A DNA stretch of 64,000 nucleotides. It comes from Octopus vulgaris (Eukaryota). The notes under the pieces were generated by a model. It was given only the letters and a program-made list of their open reading frames with translations. It was not told the origin of the DNA and did not search any database. Where the stretch lies: positions 3,844,001 to 3,908,000 of the forward strand of contig OX597816.1 of the NCBI GenBank assembly GCA_951406725.2, read 5' to 3'. Shown here in pieces: positions 40,077-53,839 of this stretch. The stretch's first letter is position 1. Every line of letters starts with the position of its first letter. A program made the position numbers and the translations under genes.

Positions 40077-41951
40077 CGAAACTTCAAATTTTGGAACAAG
40101 GGCAGTAATTCCAGAGGAAGGGGGAAATTGATTACATCTACCCCCATCTTCAACGGGTACTAATTTTATAGGCTTCGAAACGATGAAAAGCAATGTCGAC
40201 CTCGGCGGAATTTGAACTGAAAACATAAAGACGCATGAAATACCTATTTCTTTACTACCCACAAGGGGCTAAACACAGAGGGGACAAACAAGGACAGACA
40301 TAGGTATTAAGTCGATTACATGGACCCCAGTGTGTAACTGGTACTTATTTAATCGACTCCGAAAGGATGAAAGGCAAAGTCGACCTCGGCGGAATTTGAA
40401 CTCAGAACGTAACGGCAGACAAAATACCTAGGTCTTTACTACCCACAAGGGGCTAAACACTGAGAGGACAAACAAGGACAGACAAACGGATTAAGTCGAT
40501 TACATTGAATGCAGTGCGTAACTGGTACTTATTTAATCGACCCCCGAAAGGATGAAAGGCAAAGTCGACCTCGGCGGAATTTGAACTCAGAACGTAACGG
40601 CAGACAAAATACCTAGTTCTTTACTACCCACAAGGGGCTAAACACAGAGAGGACAAACAAGGACAGGCAAACGGATTAAGTCGATTACATTGAATGCAGT
40701 GCGTAACTGGTACTTATTTAATCGACCCCCGAAAGGATGAAAGGCAAAGTCGACCTCGGCGGAATTTGAACTCAGAACGTAACGGCAGACAAAATACCTA
40801 TTTCTTTACTACCCACAAGCGGCTAAACACTGAGAGGACAAACAAGGACAGACAAACGGATTAAGTCGATTACATTGAATGCAGTGCGTAACTGGTACTT
40901 ATTTAATCGACCCCCGAAAGGATGAAAGGCAAAGTCGACCTCGGCGGAATTTGAACTCAGAACGTAACGGCAGACAAAATACCTAGTTCTTTACTACCCA
41001 CAAGGGGCTAAACACAGAGAGGACAAACAAGGACAGACAAACGGATTAAGTCGATTACATTGAATGCAGTGCGTAACTGGTACTTATTTAATCGACCCCC
41101 GAAAGGATGAAAGGCAAAGTCGACCTCGGCGGAATTTGAACTCAGAACGTAACGGCAGAGAAAATACCTAGTTCTTTACTGCCCACAAGGGGCTAAACAC
41201 AGAGAGGACAAACAAGGACAGACAAACGGATTAAGTCGATTACATTGAATGCAGTGCGTAACTGGTACTTATTTAATCGACCCCGAAAGGATGAAAGGCA
41301 AAGTCGACCTCGGCGGAATTTGAACTCAGAACGTAACGGCAGACAAAATACCTAGTTCTTTACTACCCACAAGGGACTAAACACTGAGAGGACAAACAAG
41401 GACAGACAAACGGATTAAGTCGATTACATTGAATGCAGTGCGTAACTGGTACTTATTTAATCGACCCCGAAAGGATGAAAGGCAAAGTCGACCTCGGCGG
41501 AATTTGAACTCAGAACGTAACGGCAGACAAAATACCTAGTTCTTTACTACCCACAAGGGGCTAAACACAGAGAGGACAAACAAGGACAGACAAACGGATT
41601 AAGTCGATTACATTGAATGCAGTGCGTAACTGGTACTTATTTAATCGACCCCCGAAAGGATGAAAGGCAAAGTCGACCTCGGCGGAATTTGAACTCAGAA
41701 CGTAACGGCAGACAAAATACCTAGTTCTTTACTACCCACAAGGGGCTAAACACTGAGAGGACAAACAAGGACAGACAAACGGATTAAGTCGATTACATTG
41801 AATGCAGTGCGTAACTGGTACTTATTTAATCGACCCCGAAAGGATGAAAGGCAAAGTCGACATCGGCGGAATTTGAACTCAGAACGTAACAGTAGACGAA
41901 ATACTGCGAAGCATTTCGCCCGGCGTGCTAACGTTTCTGCCAGCTCGCCGC
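40077..41951 (-). mobile_element. SINE family A with 9 tandem 184-185 bp units
   Basis: Junctions at about 40241, 40425, 40610, 40795, 40980, 41165, 41349, 41533 and 41718; single head at 41900-41951; TSD AACAT(T/G)AGAAAT at 40065-40076 and 41955-41966. Confidence 0.92.
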
Positions 41952-42476
41952 TTTAACATGAGAAATAATCATATCACTTTTCGTTAGATAATTATAGGAG
42001 TAACAACTGATTCTAGTTAAATTACCAGTAAATACTGAGACAATATTCGTAAGATGGCATTGAAAATGTCACATTAAACACATATTCGTTCTTATATCGC
42101 TTCATTGCCTTACACTACGCGTAACTGTTTTTTCCTTTTAATACCATCATCGAAATTTCCTTCCTCCTGCCTGCAATTATTGTTTCGCTTTCAAAGACAC
42201 AATTTTTTCTTCAGATGCGTAGTTTCATTGCTAACCAATAATTTATTAGCAGCTAAAATTATTTATTTGCAGAACCAAACTGATTTGTCGAAATATTGCA
42301 CTGACGAGAGATAAATTTGTCTTCCTAATGTCACAAGAAGTAATATATTGTTTTATTTTGACAGGCTACAAGTCTATTTTGTATGGTTGAGAGATAGCGA
42401 AATTTCTTGTCGATATCTTAAACTCGATAAAATTAAATACATATATATATGTGTGTGTGTGTGTATATATACATAC

Positions 42477-42526
<50 letters not shown>

Positions 42527-42536
42527 TATATATATA

Positions 42537-42667
42537 TAATATTAGGAATAAATCCAAATTTACAGGGAAAAAAGATCAGATTTTATAGTAAAATATTATA
42601 AAATAAATTTTGCAAACCAATCAATTCCAAAAATTTTATGTATTGTTAAAAAATGTGGTTTTGTCTC

Positions 42668-42735
<68 letters not shown>

Positions 42736-42944
42736 AATATTAGAATAAATCCAAATTTACAGGAAAAATCACTTTAGGATTAAATCCAATTTTATAGTAA
42801 AATATTATAAAATATTATTAGAGAAAAAACAAACAAGAAAGACTTAATCAATACATAAAATTTTAATAAATAGTCAAAAAAATTTTATGTATTGATTAAG
42901 TCTTTCCTTGTTTGTTTTGCAAAATAGTGGTTTTGTCTCTAATA

Positions 42945-42955
<11 letters not shown>
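42537..42955. mobile_element. Two tandem copies of an AT-rich fold-back element in (TA)n
   Basis: Both start ATATTAG(G)AATAAATCCAAATTTACAGG; the second contains an inverted repeat AAACAAACAAGAAAGACTTAATCAATACATAAAATTTT and its near reverse complement. Confidence 0.65.
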
Positions 42956-42992
<37 letters not shown>

Positions 42993-43101
42993 GTCTGTAC
43001 ATAGTCTTGATCTCATGTTAGTGAGTGAGTAAACTTATTGAAAAATACCGTTTTACTGCCAAAGTCTCCTCGGCCATCTTCGAGGCCAAGTGCGTGCGTG
43101 C

Positions 43102-43137
<36 letters not shown>

Positions 43138-43305
43138 TTTATGTCATTGGTTCTAAAATAAAATAAGCCAAAGTTTATCGATGCTTGAAGAACTTCTATT
43201 TATTCCATTTTAGAACCAATGACATTGGTTAGCATCGATATAGCGACTGATTAGATATTTTATGTGATTGCATCCTATATGTTAACCTGTGTGCGATTCC
43301 ATTGA

Positions 43306-43352
<47 letters not shown>

Positions 43353-44007
43353 CATGTGTGTGCAAGCGTGTGAGCCTGTGTGTGCAAGTGTGTGACCGTG
43401 TGTGTGTGTGTGCAGCAATATCGTATTATGTCAAAGTGCCATTGGGCTACGTGTCACAAAGACACATTGACTTTGCATCTATTCTTAGAAATCTCTCTTT
43501 CAAACATTACAGTGTTGTAAACACTCGTATCTTCATATAACTCATCCCCAAACTATAACACATATGTGATACGTAACATCTCGTTAACCCGAATCTTTCA
43601 GAGTATTGTTTCTGTTTGCGAATACAACATTTCCTGTAGCAAAGAAATTACGGAACCTAAATGACAAGGAATCTTGGTTCAGAAAAGGTTATGTTTTCGC
43701 CTGATGGAAGTATATCCGATACCATTAATCTAAATGCCAAGCTTACTCCCATAGTTTCTTATCATTGCATCAAATTGTTATGGTAAAGATAAGGATTCCG
43801 AAGTCTACGTAAATCGAAATATCTATTAATATCTCTAACAAAAACCTGTTGGGCGTTACTCTCTATCGATAATAAGTATTCTTCTGGTCTTAGATATTAA
43901 GAAATATTTTTCCTTTTTTACCGTTTGGTATCACGTCTAGTTTGACCAAGAGACCATCTTCGACATTAATTTTGGGGATTTTGAAAAGTTATTCTATGTT
44001 GATATAT

Positions 44008-45144
44008 TCTTTTCTTCTCTAGGTACAACGCCTGATATTTGGGGCGGGGGACAGTCGGTTAGATCGACCCCAGTACGCAACTAGTGCTTAATTTATCGAC
44101 CCCCGAAAGGATGAAAGGCAAAGTCAACCTCGGCGGAATTTGAACTCAGCACGTAACGGCAGACAAAATACCTATTTCTTTACTACCCACAAGGGGATAA
44201 AAACAGAGGGGACGAACAAGGACAGACATAGGTATTAAGTCGATTACATCGACCCCAGTGCGTAACTGGTACTTATTTAATCGACCCCCGAAAGGATGAA
44301 AGGCAAAGTCAACCTCGGCGGAATTTGAACTCAGCACGTAACGGCAGACAAAATACCTATTTCTTTACTACCCACAAGGGGATAAAAACAGAGGGGACGA
44401 ACAAGGACAGACATAGGTATTAAGTCGATTACATCGACCCCAGTGCGTAACTGGTACTTATTTAATCGACCCCCGAAAGGATGAAAGGCAAAGTCAACCT
44501 CGGCGGAATTTAAACTCAGCACGTAACGGCAGACAAAATACCTATTTCTTTACTACCCACAAGGGGATAAAAACAGAGGGGACGAACAAGGACAGACATA
44601 GGTATTAAGTCGATTACATCGACCCCAGTGCGTAACTGGTACTTATTTAATCGACCCCCGAAAGGATGAAAGGCAAAGTCAACCTCGGCGGAATTTAAAC
44701 TCAGCACGTAACGGCAGACAAAATACCTATTTCTTTACTACCCACAAGGGGATAAAAACAGAGGGGACGAACAAGGACAGACAAACGGATTAAGTCGATT
44801 ACATCGACCCAAGTCCGTAACTGGTACTTATTTAATCGACTCCCGAAAGGATGAAAGGCAAAGTCAACCGCGGCGGAATTTAAACTCAGCACGTAACGGC
44901 AGACAAAATACCTATTTCTTTACTACCCACAAGGGGATAAAAACAGAGGGGACGAACAAGGACAGACATAGGTATTAAGTCGATTACATCGACCCCAGTG
45001 CGTAACTGGTACTTAATTTATCGACCCCCGAAAGGATGAAAGGCAAAGTCGACCTCGGCGGAATTTGAACTCAGAACGTAACGCAGACGAACTACAGCTA
45101 CGCATTTTGCCCGGCGCGCTAACGATTCTGCCAGCTCACCGCCC
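44008..45144 (-). mobile_element. SINE family A with 5 tandem 185-bp units
   Basis: Junctions at about 44169, 44354, 44539, 44724 and 44909; one head; alternative tail at 44008-44100; TSD TTCT(A/G)T(G/A)TTGATATAT at 43992-44007 and 45145-45160. Confidence 0.92.
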
Positions 45145-45451
45145 TTCTGTATTGATATATCGTTGGATTAATGATTGAAAAATGGCACATTGCATCTGAG
45201 TATCATGCCTCTATGGCGACCATAACCAATGTATTTATAGCACCTTGACCCAGTAAGGTATGTGTAAATTAATGACATTGACAGGTTAATTGCAATTATT
45301 CAGACGGAATCCCTATTATACTATTGAAGTGTTTAGGGTTGGGGTTGATGTCATCGTGATTGGAAACTCAGTATGATTTGGGATAAGAAGCTTTCAGATA
45401 ACGCATTCGTTCAACGGGCAATAACACTTAACCACTAAACGCTGAGTATAT

Positions 45452-45630
45452 CGGCACAGGTGTGGCAGTGTGGATAGAAGTTTGTTTCTCAACTACATTG
45501 TACCGGGTTCAGTCCCACTGCATGGCACCTTGGTCAAGTGTTCTCTACTATAAGCTCAAGTCCCACCAAAGCTTTAGCAGTGGATTGATTTGGTAGAGAG
45601 AACTTAAAGAAGCCGGTGGTGTGTATATAT
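45452..45630 (+). mobile_element. SINE family B 5' half; its 3' half is at about 47980-48180
   Basis: Head GGCACAGGTGTGGCAGTGTGG; split by the CR1 LINE at the internal microsatellite. Confidence 0.75.
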
Positions 45631-47622
45631 CAACCGGCTAAAATATTGTCAGCTGCATCACTTCCATCTGTCAGACGTAGCCCCTACTGGAATCAAAGAA
45701 ATGCAATCTCCAAAACAGTTTGAAATCTGTCATTACCAATGAACGAATAACTGAGGGGGGGGGGAAGTGGGGCCATCGCGAAAATTAAACGCAACTCCAA
45801 AGTTTTCTTCTCTTTCGCCAAAAAACATAAGGTCGCTCTCTCATCTGTCGGTTCGCTGATTGCCGAAGACAACACTCTCCGTAGTACAGCAGAAGACATG
45901 GAAGAAGTTCTGCAGAAACAATACTGCTCTTCTTTCAGCAATCCCGGTATTGTTAACCTGGTCAACATATATGAAAATATAAACAAAACCCCCACAGCAG
46001 ACCCTTTCTGACATCTCATTCGACGCCTTGAGCATCATAGCAGCTATTAGAAAAATAAAGAACAAATCAGATGCAGGCCAAAATAGGTCCCCCGATAGAG
46101 TCCTGAAATAGTACTGACTCCAGTTAGCTCTCCCCTTAGCTTCTCTCTGGAAAAAATTAATGGATGCAAGCTATATCCCTGAATATTTCCTCTCCCAGGC
46201 GATTACCCCAGTTTTCAAGAAAGGCAAAAATTCACTCGCCTGGAACAACCGACCGATCTCACTTTCCTCTCATATCATCAAATTATTTGAGAGTGGTGAG
46301 ATCTCGACTCATTCGCTACTTGGAATCAAACAGCCTGAGTATTCCCAACCAGCATGGCTTCCACAATGAAAGGAACTGCTCAACACAGATCTTACATCAT
46401 TTCAATGACATCTTAAAGGCCATGGGAGACAGCGCCAATGCAGATGTCACATACCTTGACTTCAGCAAAACCTTTGACAGGGTTGATCATTGCATCCTGT
46501 TAAAGAAACTCTTCAACATTGGAGTCTGAGGAAAACTGTTAACTTGGATTAAATATTTTCTGATGAACAAAACTCAACGAGTGGCGATTGATATTTTTCC
46601 CATCGATCTCAGCGTTGTGGGACTCCACTTATATAGTTGAAGCCCACGAGGCACTGTACTGAGCCCGCTTCTTTTCATAATTTATATTAACGACATCACT
46701 GACGTCATCAAACACAGTAGCATGCATATTTTGCGGATGACTAAGTTACTGAAGATTGTTGACAGGGTTGATGACCAGACAAATCTTGAATCTGATCTGT
46801 TAGTTGTTATCCAACAGGCAGAGAAACATAAAATGCAGCTAAACGAGAAAAAGTTCAACACAACGCACTTCGGTAAAGAGAGTTCATTCCAACAACCATG
46901 CACTCTTCCCTCGGGCGAAACCCTCGTGGTGTCAAGCACTGCTAGAGACCTGGGTGTTACTGTTGACAACAAAATAAGCTAGAGTGCTCACATAAACAGC
47001 AAAGTTGTTTTGGCTCGCAGGGCGTGCTCCTGGATCCTCAAGACCTCCCGGTCTAGAGTCGTCCCTACCATTATTCTACTTTTCTCTACTTTTGCTCGCC
47101 CTCACCTTGAAAACTGTTGTCTCCTGTGGTCCCCCCACACGATACAGAATACTATGAAAATTGAAGCTCCTCAGAGATCAATCACAAAAATATAGATGAC
47201 ACGAGAAGCCTTGATTATTGTGGTTGGCTAAAAAGATCAGGCTTTACTCCCTCCAACGCCGCCGTTGATGCAGAAATTATTCCATCAACATCGCCCAAAT
47301 GATATAGATATCATCTTTTATCTTCATCCCGAGGCTTGCACCGCCCTCGCCATCCGTCCACTACAGAAATCATGTTCGTGTCGTATCACAACACTACAAC
47401 AGAACTATTTCACCTCAACTGGCCCTGCTCTCTTCAACATCGTGCCAACCCGCATAAAGGACGAAAGTGATTGCACGACATTCAAACGGTCCCTAGATGA
47501 TTAGCTCCAACAAATACCAGATAAACAACCCACAGACAGATATGTCTCTGAAAACAATAACTCTCTGCTCAAATGGACTATGGTGCCCAAGGTGGTGTTA
47601 TTGAATTAGACATGGCCCCGGC
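45631..47622 (+). pseudogene. CR1-clade LINE ORF2 (reverse transcriptase) pseudogene, 5'-truncated
   Basis: IKRNSKVFFSF, ITPVFKKG..RPISLSSHIIKLFE, NQHGF, YLDFSKTFDRVDH, PRGTVLSPLLFIIYINDI, FADD, RDLGVTVD, RPHLENC; several stops and frameshifts. Confidence 0.92.
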
Positions 47623-47640
47623 AATGTATGTATGTATGTA

Positions 47641-47705
<65 letters not shown>

Positions 47706-47710
<5 letters not shown>

Positions 47711-47835
47711 AATCAAGGAACGGCCATAATAGGCCATTCACCCACTAGAAATAACAGCCAAAGCTTCAACCGCAAAGCTTTGGCTGTTATTTCTAGTGGG
47801 TGAATGGCCTATTATGGCCGTTCCTTGATTGTGAT
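47706..47835. repeat. Perfect palindrome with 61-bp arms and 8-nt loop
   Basis: 47706-47766 is the exact reverse complement of 47775-47835; loop CAACCGCA. Confidence 0.95.
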
Positions 47836-47933
47836 GTTGAACTTATAAATGGTCTTTGACTATTTAATTTTTTCCCACTAGGCCGCTGGTGGCAAAAAAA
47901 TTCTACAAAATTTTTTTTGCCACCCTATATTGA

Positions 47934-47979
<46 letters not shown>

Positions 47980-48180
47980 GCGTGTGTGTCTGTCAGTCTG
48001 GCATCACCACTTGAAAACCGGTGTTGGAGTGTTTACGTCCCCATAACTTAACAGTTTGGCAATAAGTACGAGGCTAAAAAGCAAAGTAATTACTGGGGTC
48101 GATTCGTCCGACTAAAATTCTTCAAGGCGCTGCCCCTGTATGGCCGTAATCTATTGACTGAAACAAACGACGGTAAAGGA
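47980..48180 (+). mobile_element. SINE family B 3' half
   Basis: GTGTTTACGTCCCC..CTGGGGTCGATTCGTCCGACTAA..GACTGAAAC. Confidence 0.7.
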
Positions 48181-49217
48181 ATATATATATATATATATAT
48201 ATATAGATCTGTTTGTGTATATACTTTTACATTTATGTATACATATATGATTGTGACTCTTCAATACGGAAATTAAATATATTTAACTAATGATTGTAAT
48301 CTGAAACAGAAAGTAAGCTGCTTTTTAAAACGAATGACGAGAATTCCTTTGTTTGTGACTTTAACGTTAGAAATCTCTTTGATCTGCTTCAACCCCCAAA
48401 TAAATCTTTTTACCAGACTCACAACTCAACGGTTATTTTCTACAGGAGCTTCCTGGGGTTAGAACCTTCTTGTAGAAACTGAACCCTGTTTAGGATAACT
48501 TTATCTAAAACTTTTTCCAAATTCCAACACCATTATTCTCCCAACTTCTATTTAGTTTTGCCCCAAAACTACATCAAATCTATATTTTAGTAAACAGCAA
48601 GAATGGAATAATCTCAAAAACTGTCTGTTTCCATTTGGTGTAGTAATTTGTTTCGATACATCAATCCCATGCTCACCTGTGATGTCTTAGACATTTCCTG
48701 ATATCAGCCTTGTCAGGACTTATCCTCTGAGAAAAACATTGTAAACGTAGGAAATAAAATAGTGATATGCATATCGTATAATAAACATTGGAAAGTGATA
48801 ACAGTTTTCTGCTGCTCCCTCGGTCGTAACTATTTATTATCTTTACATTGACTCCATAGGATCTCTGCTCGTCTAAATGTATGTTCTGATTGGTAGTTTA
48901 TTTCTCATTTCCGTTATCGCTTTTTCTGCCTTTTTTTAATTTTATGTAAAATTGCGTAAATAAATGAAAAAAAAGCCAATGTTAGATCAGATATGCAGTA
49001 AAAGAAAAATATTTGCTTATCACTCGTATTATTTTTACTTGGCCAAATAAAGGAGAATATATTTGTTTCTTCAAGGAAACTTGAACGAAGGGCAGAATGA
49101 CCTCAGATTCGTTAAGTAGTAACTATGGTAATTGCAAAGTAAACACACAGAAATAAATATTCTGGCCGTCGAGAAAAGGAATTTAAAAAATAATTAAATT
49201 AACTTTCATCATTCGTT

Positions 49218-49827
49218 TATATACACACACATATATATATATTTACACACATACATATATACATATACATATATATATAGACATATATACATACATATAT
49301 ACATATACATATATACATACATATATACATATACATATATACATACATATATACATATACATATATACATACATATATACATATACATATATACATACAT
49401 ATATACATATACATATATACATACATATATACATACATATATACATACATATATATATATACACATACATATATATATATACATATATATATACACATAC
49501 ATATATATATACATATATACACACATATATATATATATACATACACATACATATATATATACATATACATACATATATACATATATACACACCCATGCAT
49601 ATATACATATATACGCACACATGCATATATACATATATACACATGCATATATACATATATACACATACATATTTATTTAGATACACATACATATATATAT
49701 ATATATACACAGATATATGCATATATATATATATATACATACATATACATATATACACATACATACATATATATACACATAGATATATAAATATACATAT
49801 ATATACATACATATACATATATACACA

Positions 49828-49861
<34 letters not shown>

Positions 49862-50230
49862 TAAACATACATATATACATATATATATAAACATACATAC
49901 ATATATACATATATATATATATACATACATACATATATACATACATACATATAAACATATATATATATATATATATAAACATACATATATACATATATAT
50001 ATATAAACATACATATATACATATATATATAAACATACATATATACAAACATATATATATACATATAGATATATATATACATACATATATACACATATAT
50101 ATATACACATACATACATATATACATACACATACATACATATATACATATACATAAAGTATAAATATATATATAAATATGATGCATTGTAAATTTTACAT
50201 ATTAAACATTATGTATATATATATATATGT
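49218..50230. repeat. (TA)/(TACA) compound microsatellite
   Basis: Direct inspection. Confidence 0.95.
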
Positions 50231-50609
50231 TTGTGTGTGTGTGTGTATAAGAAATATATATTCTTATTATTAAACGTTGCACATTTTCTCTTCCCCAATG
50301 GAGATGCATTTCATCAAACTAAAATTCCTCACCGAAAAAGAAAAAAAAAATCCTGTATTTACCATTTCTATTTGTTTATTAGTATTTACTCCCTCATGAA
50401 TTCAAGGACATGCCTTGTGTTCATGGAATAAACCATTATTGCTGCTGTTGTTGTTGCTGATGCTGGGCACTAGTTCATTCTTTATATGCAGTTTCAATTA
50501 AAACCCTTCCATTTATATGATTCCAAGATTGCAATAAAAAGAATGTTAATCGATTCTTCATCGCGTTTAAAACTTTATAAACACCTCAGTCGTTAATACT
50601 TGTAAAACA

Positions 50610-50711
50610 AATGATATATGTATATACATGTATGTAAGTATGCGTATATATAAATATATTGTATGTATGTGTATATATAATATATATATAAATATATATT
50701 GTATGTATGTG

Positions 50712-50746
<35 letters not shown>

Positions 50747-50765
50747 AATATATTGTATGCATGTG

Positions 50766-50806
<41 letters not shown>

Positions 50807-51232
50807 TATGTTGTATGCATGTATTTACATTATATGTATATATATATATATATAAATAATATGTATATATATGTATATATATAGAACTAATATGTATATA
50901 TATATATATATGTATCTCTCTCTATATATAGAAATAATATAAATATATATATAGAAATAATATGTATATATATATATATGTATATATATAATATGTATAT
51001 ATGTATAATATGTATATCTATGTATATAATATGTATATGTATATATAATACGTATATATATATGTGTATATATAATATGTGTATATGTAATGTGTGTATA
51101 TATATGTATATATAAATGTATGCATGTACATGTTTGTGAGCATGTCTGCATGTATGTATATGTGTGCGCATGTATTTGTGTATGTATGTATATGTGTATG
51201 CGTTAATGTATGTATGAATGTATGTATGTATG
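50610..51232. repeat. (TA)/(TATG) compound microsatellite
   Basis: Direct inspection. Confidence 0.9.
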
Positions 51233-51892
51233 GTTCATTAACGACATGATTGTGTGTAATTTTCATCGTTTTTATATATTTTTCATATGATCAGTTTTGC
51301 TGCTTAGTTTGTAAAGATAACCCTTCTAAATCCATATTCAATGGTTCTGCCGGAGAGGAAATTATGCAAGTGTGTGTGCGCATATTTGTTTGCGCGCGTG
51401 TGTGTGTGTGTGTGCGCACTTGTTGGCAGTGTATGCGTGTAGAGGCGAGAAGTTGAAAACAGTAATAGAATGCCGAAGGCGAGAGTTGTTGATTCTTGTT
51501 GCCGCTGGCAACTCGCATCGTAGTTATTCGAATTTCGTGTTCTCAACCAGTAAGCCGTAGACTTCATATCCACAGGCAACTAGGATTATACATAATTGTA
51601 TGTTTTACACACACAAACATGTATCTACGTATGTATCAGTGCATGTGTGTGTGTGTGTGTGTGTGTGACTTTTGCTAGCATTTATCCTTGTGGACTGTAA
51701 ACATTAGCCAGAAACCGAAAGCAACATACTAATTCCCTGGTGCCGTTATGATATGAACCTGTACTTTTCAAGTGGTTCAACCGCATATTTTTCACTCGTT
51801 GATGATGTCCTGTACACAATGTGTATTTTAAAAATTTATTTATAATCGAATGCACACCACCCAGCCTTGGCCACAGTCATTTCTTACATGTA

Positions 51893-52025
<133 letters not shown>

Positions 52026-52032
52026 TCCCACA

Positions 52033-53304
52033 CACGGGGGTTTTTCATTAAAGATTACCTCTGGTCCACTTTCCGTTATTACAGGAAACGGAACTTGTAC
52101 AAGTATAGTCATACCTTCCTCTACGTGTCACATTGTAAATCGGAGTTTTCCATCAGTATTCGTTTGTCTTTTACGGCTGCTGAAGTGGACTAGGGATACA
52201 GTTGAATGCGGATCAGTGATCAGGTTCTTATTCTTGAAAGGTCATACACCAAAGGAGACTTTCAATGAGATGAAAGTTTATGGTGATGGTGCACCATCAT
52301 TCGACTTAGTCAAATACTGGCATCGCCAGTTCAAAGGTGGTCGCACATCGGTGGAAACTGCTTCTCTTCCTCGACGACCACATTCCGTCATTGATGACGA
52401 TGCCATCCACAAAGTGGATCCATTTTGGAGGATCACCGCATAACTATTCGGCTCCTAGCCCAAGAAATGAAGATCAGTGTAGGGTCCGTAGAAAAAATTA
52501 GTCACTACAATTTGCACATACAGAAGTTTTCTGCACGGTTGATTCCCGCTGATGCTCACACCTTTTCAGAAGCAGGAACGAATCAATTGCTTCCAGGCTC
52601 TTTTGGCAGTATGCCAAGAAAACGAGGAGGACTTTTTCGGCAGACTTATCACATGGGATAAAACATGGGTCGATCACTATGATGCTGAGACTAAAGTCCA
52701 GTCAAAGCAATTGAAGCATGATAACTCACCACCTCGAAAGAAGGCTCGTGTCCAACCCTCAGCAGGCAAGGTGATGCTCACAGTCTTTTGGGACCAGCAC
52801 GGATTAGTGATGAGGGATTTTCTGACAAAGAGCACCACAACTAACTTATACTTCTCAGTTGCAGAAATTGTGGGGCGCCATCAAAGCAAAGAAGTGTAGC
52901 ATGCTGACCACAGTAGTCTACCTCCTCCAAGACAATACCCCAGTTCACAATGTGCATGTTACCCAGATTAAAGCACACGCCTACGGCTATGAAATCCTTC
53001 CTCATCCCCCTTATTCTCCTGACCTCGCACCGTCTGACATCCACCTCTTTCGAGCTTGAAGTACTTTTTGAAGGGGAAACACTGTTCGGATGATAATGAA
53101 TGTATTTCCAAGGTAAAGTCTTAGTTCCAAACACAACCTACCAACTTCTACAGACGAAGTCTTCTCGGCTGCATAAAGCGATGGGAGAAGTGTGTCACCA
53201 TTGGTGGTGTCCATGTAGGAAAGGACTAATAATTATGCCAAGTTTCGTTTATCCCAGTCCTTGGGAAGTGGATCAGGGGAAATCTTTAATGGACATCCCT
53301 CGAG
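52033..53304 (+). mobile_element. Full-length degenerate mariner (D,D34D; irritans/Himar1-like)
   Basis: Imperfect TIRs at 52033-52071 and 53266-53304; about 1.27 kb; next to (TA)n. Confidence 0.9.
52180..53230 (+). pseudogene. Mariner transposase pseudogene
   Basis: [28 protein letters not shown] (HTH); ARLIP; ITWDKTWV; AGKVMLTVFWD; LLQDNTPVH; HPPYSPDLAPSDIHLF; frameshifted. Confidence 0.9.
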
Positions 53305-53309
53305 TGTGT

Positions 53310-53362
53310 GTATGTATGTACATACATACACACACACACACATATATATGTATGTATGTGCG

Positions 53363-53402
<40 letters not shown>

Positions 53403-53568
53403 TACGACAGGCTTCTTTCAGTTTCTGTCTACCAAATCCACTCACAAGGCTTTGATCGACCCGAGGCTATTGCAGAAGACACTTGCCCAAGGTACCATGC
53501 AATGGGACTGAACCCGGAACCCTGTGGTTGGTAAGTTAGCTACTTACCACACAGCCACTCCTGCGCCT
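53310..53568 (-). mobile_element. SINE family B 5' half
   Basis: Reverse complement of the head; abuts the mariner right TIR through the microsatellite. Confidence 0.85.
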
Positions 53569-53839
53569 GTTGTAAGTCAATTCAAATCTCCCGCTTAGTT
53601 GCAAAAAGTATAACTTATTGTTAACGTGCCTCTAAGAAACTGAAGTGAGTTAAAGGAAACAAATGCAATTGACTGATTGCGCAAGTCCATATAAATATGT
53701 CAAGGTGTGCAGAAACGGACGGCATCACGCAAAAATCCAAATTTCTCTTTTAGATGAAGGAAAATGAAAACTTTGTGGTAACTGTTCGCAACTTTGAAAG
53801 GAAGGGGAGATAATCTCAAAATATCCATAAGTAATTTCA

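Noticed and set aside
44146-44892. Four repeated 63-aa ORFs
   Set aside because: They are read-throughs of the SINE-A tandem unit from non-ATG starts, with no sign of coding function.
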